A DNA stretch of 64,000 nt from Octopus bimaculoides. Lineage: Eukaryota. The notes under the pieces are model-generated. The model was not told the origin of the DNA and searched no databases. It saw only the letters and a program-made list of their open reading frames with translations. Made by a program: the position numbers and the translations under genes. Positions 12,588 to 25,960 of the stretch are shown piece by piece. The DNA is taken from the NCBI RefSeq assembly GCF_001194135.2, contig NC_068985.1:33483660-33547659 (forward strand). Reading direction: 5' to 3'. Numbering within the stretch: position 1 is the first letter of the stretch; the number at the start of each line of letters is the position of its first letter.

Positions 12588-13171
12588 GTAATGACAATAA
12601 TATGACACTATCAGATAACCAGTCATTTTTATCTAATCTCTTTATCTACATCATTGTTTTAGAATTTTTATGACTCTTTAATCTAGAATATTTACAATAT
12701 TCAGTAATTAGCATGTATAATGTGCTCTGGGAGTTGTTAGTTGCTATACAATTGTGTTGTAGTTTTTAAAATTTTTTGGATCAGTTGTAGTAAGTAAAAC
12801 AATGATATTCATAACACTTGACTTGGACTTGTTCTAAATACCTGCCCAAATATATAACCAAATGTTGTCTTTGTTATAAATTTGAGCTTTAGTGATCTGA
12901 AATTGCTCCTAAAAGTATTCTTTGAAATATAGGCTATATAAATTTTTTATTTCAAAAGAAATTATGCGAACTTTATTTAATCACTTGTAACTTACAAAGA
13001 AATAAAACAAATGAAATTAAGGAATAATAAATAAATAGATAGATGAAAATAAGTAATGTTGCTATTGTATGTTGCTAGTATTACTTATCTTATATAGTTG
13101 TTGTTACAGAAATTATGGAAATCTTCATTTATTCATATTTATGACAATTTAGTTTTGGTACTAAAACTTAC

Positions 13172-13260
13172 CAAGTTAGTTGACCTGTGCAAGAAAGTTA
13201 TGTTTTGCTGAAGAGATCGAACAAGACCAAGAAATTTCTGGAATTTTTTCCCTCCAGTAC
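13172..13260 (-). CDS. Candidate antisense-strand exon (TGGKKFQKFLGLVRSLQQNITFLHRSTNL)
   Basis: Minus-strand acceptor CTTTTAGTCATTCCAGCAG| and donor TTG|GTAAGT, with an open frame. No homology recognised. Confidence 0.2.
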
Positions 13261-14405
13261 CTGCTGGAATGACTAAAAGACTATTAGTCATTGAGCTAAT
13301 GATGTCTTTTCCTCATTGCTTAATTATTATTATTTAGCTTTTTGATGCCCTTTGCATTAAATATGTTAGTATTAGTTTAATCATAATTTTTCATATCAAT
13401 GGTGTCTGAATAATTTTTTTTGATGATTGTTGTCTTTGTAAGCTTCATGTACTTTACTTGTTAATAAATAAAGTGTTCTCTTGCATTGCATCAAATATTC
13501 TCTTTGATCTTCTGCTAGAAGTTAATTTGAAAAGTGAAAGATCTGTTTTGATCTGTGCTCCTTGCCACTGTTGCAGGTAGTTATTTAAAAATGTATTGCA
13601 ATCATTGTTAATCTCTACTTGTCAGCTGATGAAGGTTATGTATCACAGTATGAACTGTATCTTGTTTAACTATAACATATGAAATATCATAACTCAGCAG
13701 ATGAAATATTGATCTTACTCATGGGTGTTCAGTTATAGTTTAGACTTAAATCACCATTGACTGAGCTGACTTATGATGAAAGGCATTCCAATAGTGATGT
13801 TCCTATATTTTTCAAAGATATGAATGAAAGTTGAAGGAAATTCAAGATTTTATTTCTAGCAGGTTGAATGATCAGTGTTTCTCATTTTACATCAAATGTT
13901 GGCATTTTGTTGTCCCCACACAGGAGAATTAATCCAGTATGTCTGTGTCCTCTTTAGTGATGGGAGTAAATATCTAATCATAACAACAGTATAACAGCAA
14001 AAAGCTGGCATGCAATCTAGAAGAGTATTCTTCTTTCATCTGTTTAATATCAGAGTTTCCAGAATTAAGCCCCGACTTTGCAAGCTTCTTGAAACATGAT
14101 TTTTATTAATTTACTCCATACTATATTGAACACAAACGTATGACACACACATGCACACCACACATGCACACCACACATACACATGCACACTCTCTTTCTG
14201 TCTCCCTCATTCTCTTTCTATTTGTTTCTTTTTTCTTTCATGTCATACTAGTCTGTTTCATCACTTTATCTTGAAATGCATCATGAATTTTTACAATTTT
14301 TATTTTCATTTTATATTGGGGTATTTTTTGCTATAATTTAATTTAGCCAACAAATACAAGAATTTCGATAGGGTTCATATCAATGTGTTTCTAGGATGAA
14401 ACACA

Positions 14406-14436
<31 letters not shown>

Positions 14437-15009
14437 TGATTTTAAAGCTGCACAATGAAAGCTATTTCTATCGAGATACTCTAAATAGACCAATGTAGTT
14501 AGCAAGGTAGAAGAATCTTTCTCAGTCCAGCCTTGAAATCAAATTTAATTTGCTTGGTGTGTTTGCACTGCAGTAATAGAATGTAACTGCAAATCTCCAA
14601 AATGTTCATGTTGTCAGATCAATAACTCATGCTTTGGATATAATAATTCCATATCACGACAATCTTTATTTTCTTAGTAGGATACCAATTATTGCATCAT
14701 ACAGAATGTGGTGAGATCCTAGCCAGCCAACTTTACCATTTGGTATTAGTTTCAGGCTGAAACTATTTGATTTCTTTTACAGAGCTAATTTACTTGGATA
14801 GGGGATGTATTGCATAACATCTATTTCTACTTCCCTACTAATTTGTCACCTGTCAATGCAAGGAATTATTTTTGAGCACAAATCCTACTGAGGTTGATGA
14901 TACCTTTCAGCCTTGGTGTGTGTGTGTGTGGTGGGGATGTCATTAAAATAAGTACCATCAGCTACTATGGTCAATACATTGACTTTGCCCATCCCCCAAA
15001 TTTGGCAGA

Positions 15010-16315
15010 ATTGTTAGAGCATCAGAAAAGTTGCCTTGCAGTATTTGCTCTGGCTCTTTTACATTCTGAGTTCAAATCTCATTGAGATCAATTTTTGCCT
15101 TTCATCTCTTGGGGGTTGATAAAATAAAATATCAGTCAAGTGCTGAAGTCCATGTAATTGACTAAACCTAACCTACCCTTTGAATTTGCTGACCTTATGC
15201 CTAAATAAGAAATTATTGTTATTATTATTAACTTTATAATTCTGTGCTGGTGGATTACGGAATTAATGGTGCATTGGATGAAATGCTTGTGCTTTAGTTT
15301 CTTCTGTTATGTATCTTGGATTCAAATCCTACCGGATATGACTTTGTTTTCAACGTTCTGAAGTTCATGAAATATGTACCAGTTAAATTCTTTAGTCAAT
15401 TAGATTGAGTAGATTCCTCACTAAAAATGTGTGTGTGACATTTTGTCTGTACAAATAATCATTATTGTTGTTATTGTTTTATTCATTTTAATTCTTTGCA
15501 TTTATCTTTTTCCTGTGTGCATTGTTTAATTATCTATGTAGTAATAAGTATCAAAAATTAAAATATTACAATTATTTTTTTTATTGGTTTCAGTCATTAG
15601 GGCACTGTCTTTTAGAGTGTATAGCAATAACATTGATCACTCCTGCCTCCAGTATTTATATGGTTGACTGATACAATCAATTTATTGAAAGGAGGAAAGA
15701 TAAAGTGAACCAGAGCATAAATGGAAATAGCTAAATGCCACTAGGTATTTTGTCTATTGCTCTGTCTAGTTTGTTTTTACTGGGATATCATCAAAGTAAA
15801 ACAAAAGTATGCAGTTAAAATTGCATGGTTGTTGTTAATTATCACTTGGACAGTAAAGGCAGCCCAATGGCAGAATCATTAGCACATTGAATACAATGCT
15901 TAGCAGCAATTCTTTTGGTTTGGCTCTTTACATTCTGAGTTCAAATTCTATCATGTTTGACATTGCCTTTCATCCTTTTGGGGTCAATAAAATAATACCA
16001 GTTGAGCACTGGGATTGATGTAATTGACTTACCCTTTCCTTCCTAATTTGTTGGCCTTGTGCTCAAATTTGAAACCATTATCACTAGAGGGATGAAGGTG
16101 GCAGAATTGTTAGAGTGTTGGATAAAATGCCTTGCAGTATTTGCCTCAGCTCTTTACTTCTGGGGTCAAATTTACATTTCATCCTTTCGGGGTCAATAAA
16201 ATATTCTGAGGTAAAATTTACCTTTTATCCATTGATAAAATAGCACTCAAGTATTAGAGTCAATGACTAACCCCTTCTTCTTTAAAATTGCCAGCCATAT
16301 ACCTAAATCAGAAAT
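15010..16315 (+). mobile_element. Cluster of about four degenerate family-B SINE copies
   Basis: GGCAGAAT(T/C)...TTCTGAGTTCAAAT...TTGCCTTTCATCC...GATAAAAT...CCAGT units start near 15003, 15250, 15868 and 16098. Confidence 0.75.
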
Positions 16316-18739
16316 CATATTTATTAGAATGGTGGTAATGGTAGGGGCTTACAAATAGAGTTCCATTTTAAATGCTTTTCAATATTTAATTGCATCCTTT
16401 TATGTGCTGAAATCAAATCTCACCAATGTTAACTTTACCTTCTATCCTTCTAGTATTAATTAAACAAGTGCTATTTTGAACCTTAAAAATGCTTTTTTAT
16501 CTTGAAGTTATTTAAAACGATGATTTCTTTTTGAATATATTTTTATTTGAACTTTTTCTTTCATATATTTTTCTTTTATGAATGAAACACTGATTTTTGC
16601 TTTCTCTTAATTAGTCTTTTCCTTCTGTTCAATTATAATATTCATAAATACACATTTAAGAGAAATTTTTAAACAGCTACAGTATGCGTTTTTCTTGATA
16701 TGGTACTAATGAAATTGCATTTTAATAAACATAATTAAAGCAAATACCTGAAAGAACTGAACCAAAAATATTACAAATTTGAGAACATTAAAATTTTATG
16801 GTAAAATTTCTAAAGTATTTTTTCTAAATATAGTTAGATCAGAACAAATACTATTGATCTCTGAGCTATTTATATACAACTTGCCTGACATACATGGATA
16901 ATTTTTTTCTTCTTCAAAAATTTTCTCATTAAAACAACTCTGCTATCGCTATTATGGAGAATGCTTATCACAATAAAAATTTCATGGAAGATTCTCTCTT
17001 TGAAAACTTCTAAAACAAAAATACAGTAGATGTGGGTGCCAAGTCTAGTTTTGAACTTTCAGCTAATTAAAATCTCCTTAGTGAATTGGAAGTTGGATCA
17101 ACTTTATCTTTGCTAATTTAAAAGAAGTTTTCTTTTTGCTGTTTTCTGTATAAGTTTAGTTAGGACAACTAGATTACTATTAAAATTGATAGTACATGTT
17201 TCAATTATTTTGAAAATAACAAGAATATGGAAGGATTTAGTAAAATCATTTACTTTTTCATTTTTAAGCACTAATGTTTATAACATAACTTAGTATAAGT
17301 TTCTCACATAAAAATTATGATGGAAGTTTCTACTAATTTAAATATAAATACTTTAAAACAAGAGGTTTCTTTTCATAAAGTCTTATGCAGGTTGATATCA
17401 AAAGAGTTAACTGAAGCAGTTGTTTTTAGATCTGGATTCTTTCCTGCAATAAATTACTCATTTGAAGCGCAGGAATGAAAGTTGTCAGTGAGACAGATTG
17501 TGGAGAAATGGTTTTGGCTATGGTTTGATGATTAGGTCTAATGAGATCAAAACATGACTGGGATTGTCACCATACTCCTAGAGATAAAACTGATTCACTG
17601 CCGAATTCTATTTTTAGCTAATTTAATTCCAAAGTTGTCTTTACTATCTTTCTTGACCAGATTTAATCATTAAGAAAATGATATTTTTTTCTCCTTATTA
17701 TGGGTGTGATTCTTATCAAACTAAAATTTATTGGCTCATTATGTTAAGCAACAGAAACAAGCAGAAATATATTATTTGTCAGTGGAAGTAATGATTGCTT
17801 GACTTGTTTGAAATAGCTGTCAAATCAGTCTCAGATCACACCCTGCCATCTTGAAGGAAGTAAAAAACACATTGGACAATACAGACCTTGATATACCAGA
17901 TGATGATCACAACTAGGATGCTTTTTGATCATAAGTCTACTCAGGCAGGGATAACAGAGGGTTAAATAACAGTACACAAAAGCTAAGGATTTATGACTGT
18001 GTGGCCAGAAGTCCAGTGGGGTTAACATATTAATACATAAATTTCTTACATTGGTAGAATAATGTAGGAGAGGATTATAGCCAATTAAATTGTCACTTGT
18101 ACACAGTTGGCATTTATTTTACTAATCCTGAATAGATAAAGGGCAAAGTCCACTCCATTACAACTTGAACCTTATGACTAAATACAACAAAGCACCCAGC
18201 CCATTAGGCTGCAAAGCATTGAGTCTTATCATTTCTGTCAGATTGTCATAGTTGTGCTTCATGTTTTATTTTGATACATATATATGTATTCTATTTTGAT
18301 AAATATATGGTAAAAATTAGTCCAAATTATAATTCCTACAAATGAATAACAGTCAAATAGATTTTTTTTTTAATTCATCACTTTGAAATGTTTATGAACA
18401 ACAATACTTTGAGAAACCAGCAAATTAGCTGGTCGATACTTAAACAGAACAAAAATTGATAACTATAAGGGATTTCATCTCAATTCTATTTCAGTGGAAT
18501 TTTATGAAACAGCAGATAAAAAGCATTTTTTATAACATTAGTGTAGTTTAATAAAGTATCTTTACTTTTAGAAATATGTAAATACCATCCAAATTTCATT
18601 TTTTTTTCTTCTTTTTTTGTATGTATGTCAATTAACACAAATTTGAAGAACTTGATGGTTAAAGTCATCAACTTCATCATTACCACCACCATCACCATTG
18701 TCATCATAATTTTAAAGTTCATTTTAGTATGTTGATATG

Positions 18740-18939
18740 TATTTTATCATTTATCTTTTACTTGTTTCAGTCACTGGACTGCAAACATGCTGGGGCACTA
18801 GCTTGAAGAGTTTAGTTGAACAAATCAAACCCAGAATTTATCTTTAAGCCTAGTACTTGTTCTATCGGGGACTTAAAAAAAAAAAATACTGGTTGTCAAG
18901 TCGTGATGGAGAACAAACACAAGTACAAAGACACACACA

Positions 18940-18970
<31 letters not shown>

Positions 18971-19120
18971 GACAGGTTTCTTTCTGTTTTCATCCACCAA
19001 ATTCATTTGCAGGGCTTTTGATGGCCTAGCCTATAGTAGAAGACACTTGCCCAAGGTGCCATGCAGTGGAACTGAACCCAAAATCATGTTGTTGGAAAGC
19101 ATGCTTCTTACTACATAGCC
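18740..19120 (-). mobile_element. Family-A SINE
   Basis: Same structure as 11-419, with an internal (CA)n run. Confidence 0.8.
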
Positions 19121-19764
19121 ATAAAACATGTCTTCAATTATCATCGTCCTTTTTGATATCTTTTACAAACTAATGGATGCCATCCTTCTCTATGCAATAC
19201 TAATGATCTGATATCACTACTGCACACTAAGATACTGGGAAAAATGTATGAAATGTTGTCACAAACCAATGAGAGTTAAGTTTCTCATTCAGTGAGCTAA
19301 TGCAGTACTAGTAACATGATGAACCATGTCCCTTAAACATTTTTGATGTCTTTGTCAATGTGGTCAACTAAGACTGTTCTTAGGTATTTAAACTTAGCAA
19401 CATAGAACTTTTGCTGAGCTTTGAGCTCTGCTTGCTATCATTTTACATCTGAAACGCAGAGAAGCTGAATTAATTTTTGTGACAATACTGCTATTTCTGC
19501 ACAAGATTTTAATTTGGTATGGCAGAATAATGGGAAGCAATAATAAAGTCAATAAAAACAAGTGGGTAAATGAAGTTGGACAATGTAAATAACCAGTTCA
19601 ATGTAAAGAAACCATTGGACATTTTTCTATGTCAATCTGAAATACAAACAAGTATTTTTTTTTTATTGATTGCATTTATTTGTCGATCATTTGAATTCAA
19701 ATCTTAATTCAACCTTTTAAACATTTTTTCAATACAATTTTTTTTCTATGTATTATCATGTCAG

Positions 19765-19901
19765 GTACCTAAAGCCAAATGCTCATCATACATTTGTTTC
19801 AGGATACCTTATTTAGCATATCTTCAGACCATATCTTTGCAAATATGCTCTGATGATGAAGTACTCAATGCAGTTGTCTTTAAGCTGCATCCTTACAATA
19901 G
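19765..19901 (+). CDS. Candidate coding exon, product unknown (VPKAKCSSYICFRIPYLAYLQTISLQICSDDEVLNAVVFKLHPYN)
   Basis: 110-nt AG-free zone (19653-19762) with a poly-T tract before TCAG|. An alternative in-frame acceptor TTTGTTTCAG| lies at 19802. Donor is AG|GTATGG. Only the phase-0 frame is open (45 codons). No homology recognised. Confidence 0.35.
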
Positions 19902-20870
19902 GTATGGACTTTAAACCGCAATCCTGCATCAAAAATCCCAAGAATACCTTCCTTTAACAAGGAAAATTGGCAAGTATTTTTGTGCCTGGTGGCTGTAGCA
20001 AAAACAGAAGCTTTTTGGATAAGGAGAGTTTTGAGGTCAGGTCATTCTCCTTTCAATGAACTTTTCAGTCTTCTTCCAATATCATTTGGAAAGGAAACAA
20101 TAGTGGAGACATAAGGTCTGATAGTCAATAAATTTTACGAAAGATAGATTTGAGTAGTGAGTGTATGTAAATGAATATGTCACTTCTCAAATTTTGTTGT
20201 AGAGTGACAGCAATTGCCCTCAACACTTGATTTTATATTGAGGGCGACTGAGGTCTATGTATGGTACCTCTTTTTATCCTACATGGTCATATCCTCTTTA
20301 GAAAATTTTAATATTGATATTGTAAGTATGCAAATGTAATTTTTGTTATTACCAGTTTATGTAACGTCTCTATTTACTGTTTTGTCTTTTTAATGTTTCT
20401 TCAGCTTTATGGCTAATATACAAAACAAAAACAAAAAAAAAGAAAAAGATTACTATTATTGCTGTTGTTAAAGCAGTGAGTTGATAGGATAACATAGAGC
20501 ACCAGACTAAATGCTTTACATACAGTATTTATTTTAGTCATTTTATGTACTGAATTTGAATCAAGATTTTTAACTCAATAGTATTGTAACACTAATATTT
20601 TTGATAGTCAATTGACTGTACTACTCTCCTACAAAATTTGGGCTTGTATCTATGTGAAAAAACAAAACATAAAACAGACTCATTATTGTTGCTGCTGTCA
20701 TATTTTTATCAACTATATTGCTGTCTTCGTTCAAGTGACACTCCAAAATTCTCAGATGGTTGCTATTCAAATGTATCCTTTTGTTCTTTCTGTATAACCA
20801 GTACTTAACACAAGTTGTGTAAGATCTGGTCGTAGTTAAGCAATGCTTTCTTGTTTGTGTGCATGTGTGC

Positions 20871-20908
<38 letters not shown>

Positions 20909-21064
20909 TTAATTTTTTGTTTGTTTTTATTGTTATTAGAGTTCAAATCCAGTTGAGGTTAACTCTGCTTTACATCATTTAGAGTTGATAAAATAAAGTG
21001 CCAGTCTCGTTCTGAAGTTGATGAGATGGGCTAAACTATTATTGTTATTATTATTAATATCATT

Positions 21065-21290
21065 AAAGGCTGTGAGCTGGCAGAATTGTCAGAATGCTGG
21101 ATGAAATTCTTAGCAGCATTTTGCCTGTCGCTCCATTCTGAGTTCAAATTCCGCTGAGGTTGACTTTGCCTTTCATCCTTTCGGGATCGATAAATTAAGT
21201 ACCAGTGGAACACTGGGGTTGATGTAAATGACTCATCCCCTCCCCCAAAATTGCTGCCCTTGTGGCAAAATTTAAAACCATTATGATTAT
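21065..21290 (+). mobile_element. Family-B SINE, well-preserved copy
   Basis: GAGCTGGCAGAATTG A-box, GAGTTCAAATTCCGC B-box and central GACTTTGCCTTTCATCCTTTCGGGATCGATAAATTAAGTACCAG segment (resembles the Meta/Sauria-SINE central domain, from memory). Confidence 0.85.
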
Positions 21291-21294
21291 TATT

Positions 21295-21860
21295 GTCATT
21301 GAGTGAGAGAGCAGTGCATGCCATCAAAGTGACACTGGGGTAAAATATATGAAGCCTAGTATACCCAACATGACTATCCATCTGATAAGGGTACACCAGG
21401 CACATGCATCACAACCAGATATGCATGAAATGGTGATTTCGTATCAAGATTAACACCTTACAGGTGGAGCCCAGTTAGAATTTTCTTCTGGTCGAGTAAC
21501 CCACCCCACTCAAAAAGTCCCTGAATAAGGTTTGTTTAAGGATGTTGGACAAAACACCCTTATTTCCAGAGGTGAATTATCCAAACTCCAAAGAATTCCT
21601 CTCAACACATGGCTATGATGCTCCCCCCATTACTACTGCTCATGATCTAAGATGCACATATTGCCAGCCACTAAGGGACATGCTCAACTGGTTATGGTCA
21701 AACAACTGACAAGCAAATCTGTGGTATTGAGCAGAATATTTGTTGTAGCCCATCTTTTATACCAAGACAAAACAATGTTCATGATAACACTTCCAGTCAG
21801 TTAAGATCAGAAGTCATGAGAGCCACTGCCTGGTACTGCACTTGGGAGTTTCAGGCAAAT
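21295..21860 (-). mobile_element. Interspersed repeat with (AAT)n tail, probable 3' UTR of an RLE-type LINE
   Basis: Higher-GC, non-coding segment ending on the minus strand in ...CTCTCTCACTCAATGACAATAATAAT. It lies next to the R4/Dong remnant. The family assignment is inferred. Confidence 0.45.
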
Positions 21861-22129
21861 TTCTACTGCATCACCTGCTGCACCTCCATGTTGCTGGGGT
21901 GTGTGCAGCATTGTATGTTCTTTTTTGTTGTTGGCAGTGTGAAAACTCTTCCTGGTATTGTATTGCGTCACTTTCTTTTTAAACTTGAATGTGGTACAGT
22001 TTTTTTGTTGTATTAATGTTTGTGTTGTGTGTGTAGTGCATTGGGATCCAGCCTACTGGTGATAGCTTATTTCATTGGCTATTTGTTATACAGAGTATGA
22101 CTTGTGTTTGTGGGTTGATTTGTTTAGGT

Positions 22130-24130
22130 TATTATTATTATTATTATTATTGTTGTTGTTATTTACATACACTCAACAGAAAAGAAAAGAATCCTAACAT
22201 CAAACTACAGTAAGTAGCCTTAGATAGCAAGAACCCTCCTGTTGGGTTCCAGCAAGTAACCATAGATGCCAAGAACACTCCCTAAGTATCCTAGCTCTCC
22301 CTAATAACACTGTTTTCTGGAGCTGTACTAAACTGAATTTTATACCTATTTCTTCTATCCATCTGTTCAGATCTTTAGGGACAGTTCCCAATGCACCTAT
22401 AACTATTGAGATACATAGATACATTTTATCCGCTCTTTCCATAGTCTCTGTAATTCAATAGCTGGGTCCTGGTATTTTGCTATTTTTTCTATACTTCTCA
22501 TATTAATTTTTTCATCATTTGAGACTGTAAAGTCAATTATGTGACATTTTCTATTCTCTTTATCTACTCCTACCAATTCAGGCCTTCTAACTTCTATTAC
22601 TCTGTCAGTTTGAATGTTGAAATCCCACAAAATCTTGTATTTCTTACTTTCTAGTTCTTTACTAAGTTCATGTTCATACCATTTATCAGTATGTTCAAAT
22701 CCTAGATTTCTACATAGCTCCCAGTAGATTGCTCTCCTTAGATTGTCATGTCTTTTCTTGTATTCTTTCTGTGCCAGTAGGCTACATTCACATACTGAAT
22801 GAGAAACACTTTCCTCTTTTGATTTGCATAATCTACATTGGGAATCTACTTGGCTCTTGTTTATCGTGGCTTTTATCCAATTAGTCCTTAATGCATGATC
22901 TTGTGCAGCTACTAACAAACTTTCTGTCTCCCTCTTCAGCTTTCCTTTCTGCAGCCATAACCATGTCTCACTACTACTATTTGATGAAACCATCTTGTAA
23001 ATGCCTGTAAATGCCTTCTGAAAGCATTCCTGTTAACAGCTTCCACACTAATGGTAAGCAAGTGATTGGTCTATAGTTGCTAGTTGTATTACCCTTGCTT
23101 GTATGCTTCATAATGACTAGTGTTCTCCCTCTAGTCTTCCAATTTGGTATTATTCCTCCATTAAGGCAATCCTAAAGTTGTTCCCTTAGCCTTCCATGTA
23201 AACTACTGAATTTATTTAGCCAGTATCCTTGAACTAAATCTAGTTCTGGGCCCTTCCAATTCGGCATTTTCCCTCATTAATGCACAAGTTAATCTTAGAT
23301 CTGGCTGCTTCTCACTCACTACTTCTTCCTTCACTTTCTTTAACCATACTGTATCTCCATTATGATTGACTGGTTTATCCCAAATATTACTCCAGAACTT
23401 TCTAGCTTCCTCTGCATTAGGTTTCTCCTCTTCAGTACTTCGTTCTCCACTATTTATTTGGTTATAAAATCTCCTCTGGTCTAATTTATTCTGTTGATAC
23501 TGATCTATTCTTTTCTGATATCTGGAGAGCTTGCCTGCTACTGTTATGGTACACTGCTACTCTTCTATTATTGTCCTAAATCCTTTCTCTTTGACTAAGT
23601 ATCTTTCCTTAAGGCAAGATTTGCATCTTGTGTTTCCTAATTAGTTTGTTTTCCAGGCTTCTATTCTACTTAGATCTTGACTTGACTTTATTTTGTAGTC
23701 TCTTTTTCCACATTTGCACTTTTTAAATCTTTCCCTGTGAGACATCTAATCTTCTGGTGACTACTACCCCGCCTGCGTAGATCAATAAGTTAGTGTCTTA
23801 TATATTTTTAGTATCTATCCTACTGATAACAGAATCTACTTTTCTAGTCATTTCTTGTACCTTCCTTCTGTTGGTGCCTTTATTATATAATGGCTTTTAG
23901 TCATTTTTATAGAAAGCTGAAGTATATTGGAAATTCCCAGCCAATGAAATGCTTTCAATTTCTAATTCTAATTGGAGTGGTTGCTTTCCCTTTTTACCAA
24001 TCCCACTGTACCAACCATTATTGGGATTAGCAAAAGTATAGTCATTTCTTCCCCCACTCTTTTGTTTGTCTGTCTATTTTTTCTTTTTGTTTTGTTTCAT
24101 GAGATTTCTTAGTCTCTTGAGGTTGTCTGA
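22130..24130 (-). mobile_element. R4/Dong-clade non-LTR retrotransposon remnant with the RT core deleted
   Basis: The C-terminus has ETESLLVAAQD.ALRT, a CCHC finger (CRLC...SHSVCEC), RHD, ILWDFNIQTD..IE.RRPE (RLE region) and IVIGALGTV...LQKTVLLG. The N-terminal part ends at NYRPITCLPLVWKLLTG. An (AAT)n 3' tail lies at ~22130-22160. Confidence 0.9.
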
Positions 24131-24382
24131 ATAGAAATAAACAATTTTCTGTTAATCTTATTTTTGTTTAGTTTTAGTGCTGTAATAGAATTTGATGCTT
24201 ACAGAAGCATTTGGCACTAATAATTGTTATCTTGTAAAACACTGACAACATTTACAATGTAACTAAGAAAATTAAAAATAAAAATATATTGAAGATAATT
24301 TCATATTTTCCTTTTTCACAATGTTAAAATATCTAAATTCTAAGAATTCTGAAATCTGATTAGATTTAATTGACAACTGTAT

Positions 24383-24413
<31 letters not shown>

Positions 24414-24419
24414 GTATCT

Positions 24420-24848
24420 TGGTAGCGAGCTGGCAGAATTGTTAACATGCTGGACGAATTGTTTAGCAGTGTTTTGCCTGTCACTATAGCCTGAGTTCAA
24501 ATTCTGCCAAGGTCAATTTTGCCTTTCATCCTTTCAAGCAGTTGCATACTGGGGTTGATATAATCAACTGGCCCCCTCCCCAAAAATTTCAGGCCTTGTG
24601 CCTATAATGGAAAGGATTATTATTATTATTATATCTTGGTGGTGAGCTGGCAGAATTGTTAACGTGCTGGATGAAATGTTTAGTGGTGTTTTGCCTGTCA
24701 CTACATTCTAAGTTCAAATTCCACTGAGGTCAACTTTGCCTTTCACCCTTTTGGGGTCAATAAATTAAGTACCAGTCAAATACTGGGATCGATGTGATCA
24801 ACTATCCCCCTCCCCCAAATTTCAGGCCTTGTGCCTTTAGTAGAAAGG

Positions 24849-24898
<50 letters not shown>

Positions 24899-25372
24899 GG
24901 TAGGCAACTGGCAGAATCGTTAGCACGCCAGGCAGAATGCTTAGCAACATCTTGTCCATCTTTACATTCTGAGTTCAAACTCTGCTGAGGTTGACTTTGT
25001 CTTTCATCTTTTTGGGGTTGATAAAATAAGTACCAGTTGAGCACTGGGGTCGATGTAATCAACTTATAGCCCCTTCCCCAAACCTGCTGGCCTTGTGCCG
25101 AAATTTGAAATCATCACCATCATCATTATTATTAAGGTGGCAAGCTGGTAGAATCATTAGCATGCAGGGTAAAATGCTTTGTGGCATTTCATCTGTTTTT
25201 ATGTTCTGAGTTCAAATTCCACCAAGGTTGACTTTGCCTTTCATCCTTTTGGGGGTCAATAAAATAAGTACCAGTCAAACACTGGGGTCGATGTAATTAA
25301 CTTAGTACTCCCCCCAAATTCCAGGCTTTGTGCCTAAAGTAGAAAGGACTACTACTACTACTACTACTACTA
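24420..25372 (+). mobile_element. Four head-to-tail family-B SINE copies
   Basis: Units start at ~24420, 24637, 24898 and 25134. Each ends in a (TTA)n, (CAT)n or (CTA)n tail. Confidence 0.9.
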
Positions 25373-25751
25373 CATTTTTATTGGTTTGGTTGCTGACCCT
25401 TTGAAATCGGTGAAATCAATGTGGTTACCATTTCTCTTGAACAATTGCAAATCAACAACCACAGGAAAATTAATTCTAATATATATGAAGCCTTGCTCTC
25501 TAAAACAATTTTTGGATTATAACTACTAACTCATATATTGTGTAGTGACAACCAATGAGGTAGCCTCTGTTTAGTCACTTGACATGCTAGAATTAGCAGT
25601 TAAATTACTCTCAAATTACAATTTAATACTTTTATTGAAAAAAGAAGGATATATTGGATAATGTAGTCTGAGTTAAACTGTCTGAGAAGATAAGAATGTC
25701 ATAGACCACCATTGGACATAGGTCTGCTTGGTCAGGGATGATCTGGTTTAA

Positions 25752-25960
25752 CCCTTTAGCATTCAGATTACTCTGTCAGATGTGAATCTTATTTATATCC
25801 ATTGTCTTGAATCAATCATACATTATTTCGAAGCTACAAGATTTTGATGATGTATTGTTTAGTTTTAGAGTAACAGTGTAGGGTAGATGTAAGAGATCAG
25901 TTATGACCAGTTTGAACATAAAAGAGGTTAAATATTTGGGCTGGATACAACTGGTTAAAT
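25752..25960. mobile_element. piggyBac-type MITE missing its right end
   Basis: TTAA|CCCTTTAGCATTCAGATTAC start with the same internal sequence as 6591-6804. The right terminus is absent. Confidence 0.7.

Noticed and set aside
13560-13582. TTGCAG|GTAGTT as a second ratchet point
   Set aside because: Short pyrimidine tract and a non-consensus regenerated donor.
13620-13710. CTGATGA followed by a GTTATG/CATAAC stem as a hammerhead
   Set aside because: There is no correctly placed GAAA, stem III or NUH site.
24420-25372. Repeated SINE units or the 66-nt RTE units as a CRISPR-like array
   Set aside because: These are eukaryotic retroelement copies with no constant repeat and unique spacer structure and no cas genes.
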